From contig MQRK01227422.1 in assembly GCA_001938485.1 (NCBI GenBank), forward strand, positions 1 through 55,214: a stretch of DNA of 55,214 nt, written 5' to 3'. The position numbers and the translations under genes are program-made. This stretch comes from Girardia tigrina. Lineage: Eukaryota. The notes under the pieces were generated by a model that was given only the letters and a program-made list of their open reading frames with translations, was not told the origin of the DNA and made no database searches. Shown in pieces: positions 1 to 11,646 of this stretch (positions are counted from its first letter, which is position 1; each line of letters begins with the position of its first letter).

Positions 1-867
1 TTTGCATAATAATAAATTTATTAGGATAAAAAAACTCCAACAGGCAAACACGGTAAGTCAGTAATTTATATTTTTAATTTAGTGTCAATATTTTCTATCG
101 ATTTATTTTTTGTATTCAATTGCTGAATTATTATTAGTTTGCATTAGAATCTTGATAACATTTTTGAACATCAGCTTCTGTGATTTAGAATAAAGAAAAT
201 ACGATTCTTTATTCACTGTCGTAGAGATAATGATCAAGTTTATAAATTTGGTTCAGCTACTCATTTTCTTCAACATTGAATGCAACATCAGATCCAGCTN
301 TTATCTTTGTAATGTTTCTTCTTAATGTCAATTAAAGAACTCCATGAAATATCTGAATAGTTTGAAATAATAAATATTTGTAGACAATAAAGAGGTGTTC
401 CATTAATACAACAACTTTTCAAAACTAGATTTTTCTTTTCCGTTTTTGTTTTGTTCATCACGTATTCATAATGTATAACCTTGTTCACACAGCGAATGTC
501 AGGGTATAGTGATGTCCCCAAACACATGCTCGACACACCGGGACATCAAATCAATGACATTAATTTTTCTAATCATTTATCATCTAACTTAATTGTCAAT
601 AATCTAGTCTTTATAAATAGAAATCCTTTTTTTTTTAACTCGAATATTAAAATGAGTATTCTTTCATTAAAAGATACTTAGTCTCATCGTACAAAAAAGA
701 ATCACAACATAAATCCATTATATATCACATTCATCGCACGCAGGAAAACTTATGTACAAAAAAAACAACTAATGAAACTAAGACTTTGTACAATAGTAAA
801 TTGAAAGAAACACAAAGGTCAAAAGACATACAAACAAAACAGTCATGCAGTGTCAGTAAGTAGGGCA

Positions 868-3800
868 CTACACTTTGCATAATTTTTTAAGAATTTCCTG
901 TAATAGTTCGTTAAACCTAAAAAGCTTTTCAAATGGTGAACTGCATTTCTCTATAATATCTTTTTCTTCATAATTTCGAATAATATCGTCCAGTTTTTCC
1001 TCGAAATGTTTTGGTTGTCGGCAAGGTTTCACCAAAACTGGTTCTCCATGCGTTTCGATCTTGTTTTTTGTCAGTAACGTCCTTCCAATATCCCATTTGT
1101 CAGCCATAAATATTTAATTAAATTCTGTTAAAAGTTTCATTAGTTGGTTGTCAACTTTGTTTTCAAAGAGCTCTGTTATTCTCCTCAGTCTATCCTCGTC
1201 AGATGGATTGTCTGGTATTACCAATAACTCATTAGTATTTGATGGTTCTCTCTTTAGCTTAATCCTGAATTTGTTCAAGAAATCTATTCTTGCAATCATT
1301 TAAGGATCTATATCTTTGACCACAAAGAATTCCACTGTTTTCTACATTCTTCTAATTATCACTTTAAGTTGAAAAATACCATAGTTTATAAGTTCTGAAT
1401 CATTCACACAATGTATTCGTCTTTTAATTTCTTTGATCTTGACATCTTTCATATCTTTAATTATCTCTGCTTTAATAACGTACCCCCTGTATCTAACAGG
1501 CATTTGACATATTTATTTTTATACAGAACTCTATACTTGTTCGTCCTTTCAATTCTTTATAATTTATGTTAAACGTTGATAATATCAGTAAATCTTCAGC
1601 ATTCTTTTTATCTTTTTCTCATTTTCTATATTCATACTAGCACATATTTTATTGTCTTCTTTATGTTCATTATCTAATCTCCAGAGGAATATTTTCAAAC
1701 GCATCATCAAATATGCAATCACAAACACATTCATACATACAATCAATCATACATCTACATTGAGTTCCTATTGTAGCACACTGATCACTTCTCCCTGTGA
1801 TCGTGCATACTCGTTTCCCTGATTATACCTGAATTTTCTGTTACCCATGGGATATTCCAGTCTTTTGCCATCTTCTCCTCAATACGCTCCTTCAGAATAG
1901 TCCCCTTTCTAGAGTCTTATCTTATATACAATTCATCATCTAGTTCCTCCAGTTCTACTACTGGGTATTTCCTATTCGTGTATATTGGCCGTTCTCTAAA
2001 TCGTTGATTCGAGTAATTTTGCCTATTATTTCATCAATTATTTCCATTATCCCTTATCCATTGATAACACTCCCTAAACCTATTAGGGTTTTCATAAAAC
2101 TGTGTTCTTAAATGCATTTTTCTATTACAATGACTACTATTCACGTTTGGGCACTCTCATCTAACATGCCCTTCTTCGTTACATGCCAAACAGGTAATGA
2201 TGGTGCAAGAGCGGGCGCAGCGATTTTGTGGCTGCGGCACGCCGGCGACGGGGAGCGAACATCTGGTCGGGGGGTCACATTTAAAATTTTCACCTCGAGA
2301 CTCGGATTAATGACGATCGTATCGACTCTCCGTTTGACGACCGCACATTGACGAATCGCGTCATCGATTTCCCGCGAGTTATTCGATCGATTTTCTGTGA
2401 ATTCAATTTCGACTTTCTGTTTCTGCTTTAAATTGATTAAAACTGGATCGGGAAAAAAGAGCGATCCTTGGATGAGTCTATCGACGACAATCGACTTCCA
2501 TAGAAAGCGAAATGCGAACAAACAACCGATCGGCTGTCGGAGATCGGTGCGATAACACAACCAACCGCAATCGATTAATTCTCTCACAATTGCGTGATCG
2601 ATTTCGGAATTTTTGATGCAATTAATCGAACAAAAAGGAACTCTCAAAATCGACAACAAATAATCGGAATTGCTCTTGGAAATCTCCCTCCACTTGGTCA
2701 AAGAAATCGGGTGGAAGTCATTGCCAAATTCATTTTCAAATTCATTCTTCATTTAAAAATATTAACACAACAAAAATATTTATTTCCCTTTAAAAATCGC
2801 CAAAATAATTACAAATTGATCGATTAAAACAATCGATAAAATTTTTTTTCCTCAAAATCAGCAATTTAATAAAAGTTCAAAAGCTCAATTTACTCAAAGA
2901 GCAATTAACACACGCATGATATTTAATCGATTATTAATAATATTGAAAAAAAAAGAAAAACCAATACTAAAAAGTGTCATTTGATATTGCCGATTTTTGA
3001 AGAAAACAAAGATTTAAANNNNNNNNNNNNNNNNNNNNNNNNNNNNNNNNNNNNNNNNNNNNNNNNNNNNNNNNNNNNNNNNNNNNNNNNNNNNNNNNNN
3101 NNNTTGTTGATTTAATCACCTGATTTTCTTATCTATCGCACCCCCTTTTTACGATCAAACAATGGGGATATGCATTGATTTCAGAAGATAATTAACGAGA
3201 GATCGAGCGATTGTTTCGTGATGATCGACTGAAATCGTTGATAAATCGCAATTAGAAACTATTTCCAACATAATTCGTTCGGAAATCGATTGAGTTTTTG
3301 TAGGAGTTTCTGATGTCGATAAATTCAACAGCGTTCAAAATTCTCGTGTGATACCATTGTTTATCGGAATTATTTAAAAAATTTCGATATTTGATTTATT
3401 TAAAATCGTGAAACAGGTAATTTTTCGCTCTTTAATTTCTTCTTGTTTCTTGTTCTTTGAATTTCTCGTTCTGTGGTCTTGGTGTTCTTTTTATATTTTC
3501 TACTGTTCTCCATTCATTTTCTTTTTTTGTTTCATATGCCGCTACAGGAGCGTTTCTTTTCTTTTTATTATATTCGAACATTCCCGTTTGAATGTCTTCA
3601 ATCTCTTCAGATTTCTTGAAACCTCTGACAGCTATTTCTTTCAGCATGTTCTCATCATCTATCATATTAGCGTAGACCAAATTCGATAGTTCTTTTTTAT
3701 ACAACTTTTTCTCAATTAGCTTTTCAATAATTTAATCAGCCTTTCTAAATACTATTGTTTGATCGCTGGATCCAATTCTCATTTCTACCAGTTCTTTCAT

Positions 3801-4190
3801 TAGATCCAGGATAGATTTTTCCTTTGAAAACACTGATCTTAGTTTCTCTTCACATATTTCACCTGCGCTGCTTCATATTTTATTATGACATCCGGAGTCA
3901 TATATGGTGTTGCTAATAAGATTTTCCTCTCCTCTGAAAATCCTATTATCTTCGCATACCTGTTAAAGCTCGTTATGAATGCCTCAACTTTTGTCTCTGA
4001 TCCATCAAATATCTCCGGACCTCTAATGTTCGGAATCACGCGGTCTTGTATCACCATATTAAGAACACCAACATGGGTTTTCGAACTTTTATTTTCAATA
4101 CAATTTGAATTACTTTTTGGAAATCTCTCAGCCAAGCTGAGAGATGGTAATTCGACATCTCTCGTCATTCGACATCGTAATTCGACTTCG
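868..4190 (-). mobile_element. Decayed Ty3/Gypsy LTR retrotransposon (gag, protease region, start of RT), interrupted by an insertion at 2199-3410
   Basis: ORFs 3839-4168 (PEIFDGSETKVEAFITSFNRYAK, gag N-terminus) and 3432-3704. Manual translation of ~2095-2198 gives a zinc knuckle (TCLACNEEGHVR*EC). ORF 868-1107 (WDIGRT..IETHGEPV..P.RQP.HFEEK..IIEKCSSP) is a typical Gypsy pre-RT segment. Confidence 0.85.
2199..3410 (-). pseudogene. Gene-like insert flanked by an 11-bp target-site duplication, inside Gypsy gag
   Basis: AAACAGGTAAT occurs at 2188-2198 and 3411-3421. Removing the insert and one copy restores gag (EIKERKITCLACNEEGH). The insert is CpG-rich, carries a ~185-codon minus-strand frame (2752 down to 2199), and contains an N gap. 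Confidence 0.7.
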
Positions 4191-6126
4191 TTCTAAATTG
4201 ATAAATTTTAGTTAATGTTTTTTAATAAACAATTATTCGAACAAATATTTCATTATTTTTAGATTTTATTTTTAAAGTTCTAATTTTGTAATTTTAATAA
4301 TAATTTTATCTACGTATTAATTTTATTTAAAAAAAGGATTTTATGTAAAGAAAGAACACTTATTTAATTCAAAACTTAGTTAAAAGTTATTTACTTTATT
4401 TAAATTTTTAATATTAAAATTTGAAACGATTTAATATTTTTAAAGTTTTATAAATATCTTATGCTGTACTTTAAAATACAAATTAAACTTGAATAATTAT
4501 TCATCGTGAACATCCAAAATATCAATTTTCCATCTGGGTGGGAGAAACACATTTCCAAATACTAAACTCAACATACCAATTTCAACATACCAAATTTAAA
4601 ATATTCCTCACGTATACGATTCGAGTTTTTTTGGTAAATATCATCTTTAGATCTTACTTTATTAGTTAATTTTTTTCGAGACTGTAACTATGTCGGTAAC
4701 AATGACTAAAATATAAAAAAATATTACAGTTACTTACCAAAGTTAATTTTCATGGATTAAATCCATGGATTTAATCATGGATTAAGTGGTAAAATAACAA
4801 GAGACATACCTAGGGACAGCGACTTCAGCAAAACAGTCGTTTAAATAAAATTTGGTAGTCCTTTTAGAAAAGGTTGTATTTGTCTTTAATATTCGACTAA
4901 AAGCATTAAGTGGTTAATCACATTAATCAGGAGCTATTACATTTTAATAAATACAGATTACCTTGAAATCTATCCATATTTCGCAGATCATGTTAAAGTA
5001 AAGTCGATTTTAAATTGGTCAGTCTGAAATTCTCTGTAATATTTTACGGTAATATTTAAACAGGTTTTCATATAACATATATTGTTCACATAAAAATATT
5101 TTAGTATGAGACCAACCTGATTTTTATTAGATATTTTTACTCGGTCTTTCAGGAAAATTTTGATTTAATTCATTAAAATTATTTTTTATTTATTTATATT
5201 TGAATAATTTATAAACCAATTATTTAAAATAAATTATTTTTTAACAAATAACCATAATCTGACATTGTAATTATTATGATTCTATAATGTTTGATTCAAG
5301 ATTATGATTCATAAATTTACATAAAAGTTTATTAAACTTTTGCTATTTAAAATTTATCTCTGCCATTTTCTAATTTTGTTAAAGAAATATTTAGATTATT
5401 TTATATTTAATTTATAACAAAATTATCATTTTCAAAATAATTCCGTAAAAATATTTAATCAAACTTTAATTTCTTACGAACTTATTTCTTTCTACTTTAT
5501 AAATTTTACCACGTTTTTTTTGTTTTTATGTTACTTAATTCGTATTTTAAAACCTTTAGTAATTATTTTCCTGTTTAAATATATCAACTTTAGTTTTAAA
5601 ATATATTTTTTAACGTTTTTTATTATTTAATTTATTTAATTTTATTAATTAATTAATTATTTAATTTTGTTGGATTTTTAAAAAATCCTTTTTTACTTAT
5701 TTTTAGTTTTATAGACTTTATGTATTTTTTATGTTTTATGTAATACATCGTTAAACTTTTAAATTAAAGAATTTTTTATATTATTTAGCGAATATAAAAT
5801 TCTAATCAACTCCTCATAGTAATTATTATAAATTAATAATAAATGAAAATTTTAGATAAAAGTTTATTTAAAATTATTTAAATCTTTTTTTTTTAATTTA
5901 TAAATTTAAATTCATTGTATATATTTATATAATTATTATATTTTAGTTCCATATATTTGGTTTTCTACAGAAAAAAGAAAATAATATCAAATAAATCACC
6001 AATTAAATAATACTTCATATTATAATCCAATCAAATTCATTTTATTTTATTTTATTTTTAAAAAGAAATTTTCAAATTGACTAAATATTAAAAATTTTGT
6101 TTTGTTTATTTTCTAGCACGAAAAGA

Positions 6127-6982
6127 ATGAAAAGAAAAGAAACGGAAAGTAAATTGTCAAATAAAAAATGTGAAGTAAATACAATTGGGGTGATTGATAA
6201 AAATGCTTTTAACTTATTTTGTGAAATAAGTTCTATAAGAGGTATGCATAAGATCACAAAAGCTCCTACAGTTTTTCTAAAGATTCTTTGGATTGCTTTT
6301 GTGCTGTGTATGACAACAATGTTGTTCCTGGTAACAGGATTGTTAATAAAAGATTATTTAAATTATTATACGGCATGGCATGTCCGAACGAAGTTTGATG
6401 ATGATTCTGAATTTCCAGCTATAACTTTATGTTCCCACAATCCTTTTTCGCTTCACGCCAACGAACTTTGGAAGAAACCTAACGCATTTTCTCCTAACTT
6501 GTTTCGAGAAAGATTAAAGAAGATGGTCATTGATCAAGTAAAGAATTCGAATACAACAAACGAAATGACATTTTTAATGTTTCATGATAAAATTGAAAAT
6601 TATTATTCAAATATAGATTACGAGTATGCTTTTAATATAAGTCATGGTTTCGAAATGCTGAAATACTGTGCAATCGTCTTGGAGGGGTCATTAGTTATGA
6701 CTACAAATTGTGACACCGAAAGTCCAGATGTTATGGTAGAGAAAAAAATATTTTCCCATCATAAATTCTTCAATTGTTGGACATTGCAAAAGAAGTTTAA
6801 TCACAATTCAACAATTTCTACTTTGATAATCTTGGTGTCTCTTACTCCCGCCGCAGATATACCGGAATTGAAGAATGCTTTTCTGATGGACATTTTAGAA
6901 AGAGGAGAAGGATTAAAGTTGGTTATACATGAACCGAATTCGTATCCGGAAATCGAGGAAGAAGGAATAGATGTTCAACCAG
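6127..6982 (+). CDS. DEG/ENaC (amiloride-sensitive / ASIC-like sodium channel) subunit, first large coding exon, 3' partial
   Basis: Hallmarks in ORF 6097-7005: pre-TM1 FCEISSIRG (HG-motif region), TM1 (ILWIAFVLCMTTMLFLVTGLLI), FPAITLCSHNP, FNCWT and GLKLVIHEPNSYP..EGIDVQPG. There is an acceptor ttttctAG at ~6116, an ATG at 6127 and a donor CAG|GT at 6982/6983. Confidence 0.93.
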
Positions 6983-7612
6983 GTTGTTCAGTCCATAAAT
7001 TTTAATAATATTTATGGAAATTTATTAAATTTTAATGTCTTATTTTTTAAATATTACAAATTTTACAATTTTTTTTATCAAAACAATTATTTGAAAATAT
7101 TAAAATTTATTAATTTAAATTAATTAATTCGTAGTGAATAAATTTTTTTTAAATACAAACATAAAATTATTTATTTTTTTTATATTGAAAATAATGTGTT
7201 TTAAAATAATTATAATATAATAATAAATAATAAATATATAATAAATAATAACAAATATTATATCAATTATTTTTTTAGAGATTTTTTACTGTTGACAACA
7301 ATTAAATATATAATAGTGTTTTTACAAAAGAAATCATTTCATTTTAAAATAGAAAAAAAATAGAAGAACAATAAAAAATTGTAAAACAAATCAAATTATT
7401 ATTGATACTAATTATTTTTTTACAATTTTTCTTTTTAATATTTTAAATGAAATTAAGAAATAATTTCCAATTATTAAAAAAAATAAAATAATCTTTACAT
7501 ATTTAAAAACATTTTAGCCTTCACTATTTAAAATAATTATATTTTTTAATGTTTTAAATATTTTTTGGCAATGCCTAAAAATAATTTATTTTAATAGTAT
7601 AGTTATTTGTTA

Positions 7613-10600
7613 TGTAACAACGGAATAGCAAAAAATAAATTACTAAATTAATATTTATTTTTCCTGAATCGAGTTTTTCAATAACCGCTTATCTGAGGTT
7701 ATTAAAACACAGCGTCAATTTAAATAAACAGTATTAAACATCTTCCAAGATTCGGAAGAATCTTACTCATGCTAGGAGACATATTCAGCAAGCTTCTTTG
7801 GGGGCCGGCCCTATCGTACATTTGATTCAATGTTCTGTTGTAAGGAACCACTCAAATTCGATAGTCTCTACTGAAACCACGGTCTGAGATCATCAACGTG
7901 GTGCAATGAGTCCACTCTACTGACTACCATCCTGAAAACTCCTTCTACCAATCTCTTATCACATCGCTGACTCTGATTAAATTTCACCCATACTTTATCT
8001 TTTTCCTAAAATTTTTGTTATAATTTGTTTTTGACAACATGATCCTTTGAGGGAACAAACTACTTCAACCAAGGTTTATACCAGTTAAGAATCTCGGTGA
8101 TGGTCATTTGATTTTTTCCGGTGGTATTTTCATCCTACAAACAGATTCTTTGAAAGCATTCCTTGCTCTTGAAACCAGGGACTTAACTGTACAATGGCTC
8201 CTTTCTGTTCACGGTGGGATAAATGACATTTACATTCGTGGTTTTCCTTTTAGATTTAAAGGCTTATAAGTGAAAAGATTAACTGTTGTTCAACAGCAGT
8301 TCATTATGAACTCGCATTTATGAAAAATATTTCTTAAGTTCTTGATTACTCCATGGGCTCCCTTGTCTTTATTTCTCTTCTTATTGCTAACTTTGCCAGT
8401 CCATAATCAATCAATGTAAGAAATTTGGGCTATTAATACCATGTAACATTGACAGAAATTCTCTACCAAATTTCATGGGCTTCAAGACTGCTCTTTTCAT
8501 ACTTTTTAGTTACTGGGTCTATAGGTGGACAGTTACTACAATGGATAATAGTTTACTAAATATCTTTCTATGTGACATTAATCTTTATATCCTTCGCAAT
8601 GTAGATAGATCGTTGTAACCCCATATGCGTACAATTGTGTATCTTCTTATTTTTTTCAATGTCTGACTTTGTTAAACTGCAGCAACATTACAGTTGGTCT
8701 CAAGTCAGTTTATAAGAATCCATTTATGAAGAATTCTGGTGAGAACAACGTTTATCTTAGACAAGACAAAGACTACACATAATCTTAGTTTATATTCAGA
8801 TACCAGATTATTTTACATATTTAACCTTCTGCAAATTAATAATTCAGAACCGGCCTTAATTTGTTTCTTTGACTGTCCTCCATGGCATTTTATTTCCATT
8901 GACACATTATTAACTATCATAAAGCCAATATACTCACATTTTACCAAACATTGGCTTTGGTTTTGTTTTTACTGATAAAATTACATTTGCACAATAATTG
9001 AACGGGACCTTCTCAATTTGGCCATCGATTGCTTGCTTCAAATCATCCTGTAAGGACTGTCTCAGTCACCGATAGTTTGTCGCTTAATATTCGATGTCGC
9101 AATTCTTAACCGTCGACAGACAGATTTGATACCGATGATACTCGTCTAGTTTTAATATCGTCATGATTTCAATTTAACTTATTTGCTTGTCTCCAACGGA
9201 ACGCACCGTGATTGTCTCGTTGTACTTCTAGACCAAGAAATCATATTTTTCGTGATCTTTCGTAACTAATCCAAATTTCAACAGATGTACCTTAATTTCG
9301 TCAACAATTATGCCATAATTATACCCAACTGCAGCTTCGTTGATTATAGAACAGATTGAAGGACTTTCTCCTCTATTTATTTCCTAACTGTTGGTCCCAT
9401 GTTTAAACCAAAACCCATCCTGATTAACACGTATCTCTTGTTTCTATAACACAATTTGATTCGTTAACATTTAGTCCTCAACAAGTACTTGCATTTATGC
9501 CTCCTTCAGATCCATTATCTTACTTTTTTCAGACTTCTTTCTCCCTTTCCAACGCTTTTTCCGACAGGTCGCTCTAATCCCACTATAGACGACAGTATAC
9601 TTATTGATGTTTATGAAATCAAAAAGGGTCGAACTTCATTTCTTTAAAATAGCTCAAAAAGGAAACTGAACACTTTAGAAGCCCCAACTTACATTCATCG
9701 TACACGATTAATAATTCTTTTTCAATACTCTGTTCTAACACTTCATCCAATTCGTCTTGCGACAAAACAATAATATTATAATCGGTAAATTGATAATCGT
9801 ATTTGAGATTATCTCAGATTGAGATAATAAATTCTAATTTCAAGACTTGTCATATGAAACCTTGAAGTTCTTTTCTGTTTATTTCATGCGGTCGATCTTT
9901 TTTATATCAAAAACATCTAAGGAAGTGCAATTCACTCTCACACAGCCAAAGACTACTTCTCTGTCAATCATTACATCTACAAAATTTTGAATCAGGTCAG
10001 GACCAATGATGGCATTATAATTCGGGAAAAAATTTATTTACATTTAGACCTGTCGTATAACATTTGTTATTGTCAATCGTGAACTCAAAATAAAACTTCT
10101 TGATCTCTTACTACTACCAACCTAGATGGATGCTCCTGAATCAATTAGAGGTAGAACTGCACGATCATTGATGAAAAGAGACGTAATAATTATAATTAAC
10201 CCTAGATCACATCCGGCCTCTAAAAAAAGAAAGTTTGTCTGATTTTTATCTTATCCCATTTCTGTATTCCTTTGAAAAGTGACCTCATTACATATATCAA
10301 AATCTCATCACATCATATTTCTTTGACGACAGGGGAGAACTATTATGGAGATTCTCTTCCGCTGTTTTTGCATCACCATCCTATGGATCTTGTGACTTTT
10401 TAAAGACTCAACCCTTGATCTAAGCATTGGGATCTCATCCACGGCATTCCCTTCTATTTTTAGGAATTCTTTGGTCAGCTTCAGCAACTCCGGAAATGAC
10501 GATGTTTCACATTTTTTAATTTCCATTTTATATATATCACTAGGCCATGATGAAACACGTAGACAGCTAAATTTTTTCACACTTCTTACCAACCCGGTTT

Positions 10601-10982
10601 CGTCATCTCTTAACTAGTAATCCAATAGTAACTCGTATAACGCCCATTACCTGATCATAGGTTTTTCGTTTCTTCTTCGAATTCTCGTATATCTTGAAAA
10701 AAAGATCCTTCTAAAAAAATTGGCAGATGTTTGCCAAAGTCCTTTGAATTTTGAATTCCTTGTGTACTCACAATATTCTCCGTTCTTTGATAGAGATAGA
10801 CCTTCCTTCAAATTTTGGATTCCCTGCTGTTCTGATATCCATGTTCCCGGATAGCTTGTAGCAACGGAATAGCAAAACAAATAACTAAATTATATTTATT
10901 ATGCTAGAATCAAGTTTTTTAATAACTGCCAAACTGAGATTATAAAAACACAGCCTCAATTTAAAATAAATACGATTATACA
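7613..10982 (-). mobile_element. Decayed Gypsy element with a 3' LTR (7613-8039) and a truncated 5' LTR (10857-~10982)
   Basis: A diverged ~120-bp direct repeat beginning TGTA(A/G)CAACGGAATAGCAAAA at 7613 and 10857. The left LTR is bounded TG..CA. Internal frameshifted gag-like (10308-10880), RT-like (RMGFGLNMGP ~9395-9425; DFLGLEV ~9225) and integrase-like pieces. Confidence 0.75.
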
Positions 10983-11289
10983 TGTTATATTAAAAAAAAT
11001 AATATAAATAATTTTTAATTATTCATATTTTCTATGCATAAAGTTAAAATTATTATTTGATGATGTTTTGTCAAATTGTAGAAACTCCATTTTTTAACTG
11101 ATCTGAATAATTTTTTTGACAGAAAGTCGATTTTTAAAAGAGATTTTGAAATATGTATTTACATTGACAAAATGTTTTATATGTTAATTTTAGATGATAT
11201 ACTTAATTAAATGTTATCAATTAGCAATTAATTTTTTTGGTACCTTTTTTTGGCCTTTGGGTCGTGAGTGCACTCAATTATGCACAAGC

Positions 11290-11580
11290 ATATGGTTTGA
11301 GTTTTGCATATATATTTGAGTGTCTCAGTAGGCAAGGAACCTGGTGGCGCCTATCTCCTCTCCAGGTATGGATTGCCGTTGACTCAAAGGAGCTCATACG
11401 CCCTTTGCTAGGTTTTGTTTTTCATCCTGCTAGATGTACATACACCTCTTCACCCAGGTTGCTCTGGGTGAGGCAGCCGATTTAATCGCCAACTATTCGA
11501 CCATGGGACAGGTATTACAGGTTTACATGGTACCTGTAGCAGACAGATTGCCTGAGCTGACCTGATTTACTTAGGTAATG
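11290..11580. other. GC-rich, hairpin-rich island, probably a fragment of a non-LTR (RTE-like) 5' UTR or a SINE
   Basis: Much higher GC than its flanks. Hairpins CTTCACCCAG/CTGGGTGAGG (11448-11473), TACAGGT/ACCTGTA (11516-11538) and CCTGG/CCAGG (11340-11367). No convincing ORF. The family assignment is inference. Confidence 0.4.
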
Positions 11581-11646
11581 TTTATTTACCAAATTGAAAT
11601 ATGACGTCCACTCTTTTTTTGTTCATTTGGATCTAAAAACCATTTA

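Noticed and set aside
2520-2590. WLCYRTDLRQPIG resembling the ATG4 protease WxTYR motif
   Set aside because: The catalytic GWGCM motif does not follow; the similarity is too short to name the parent.
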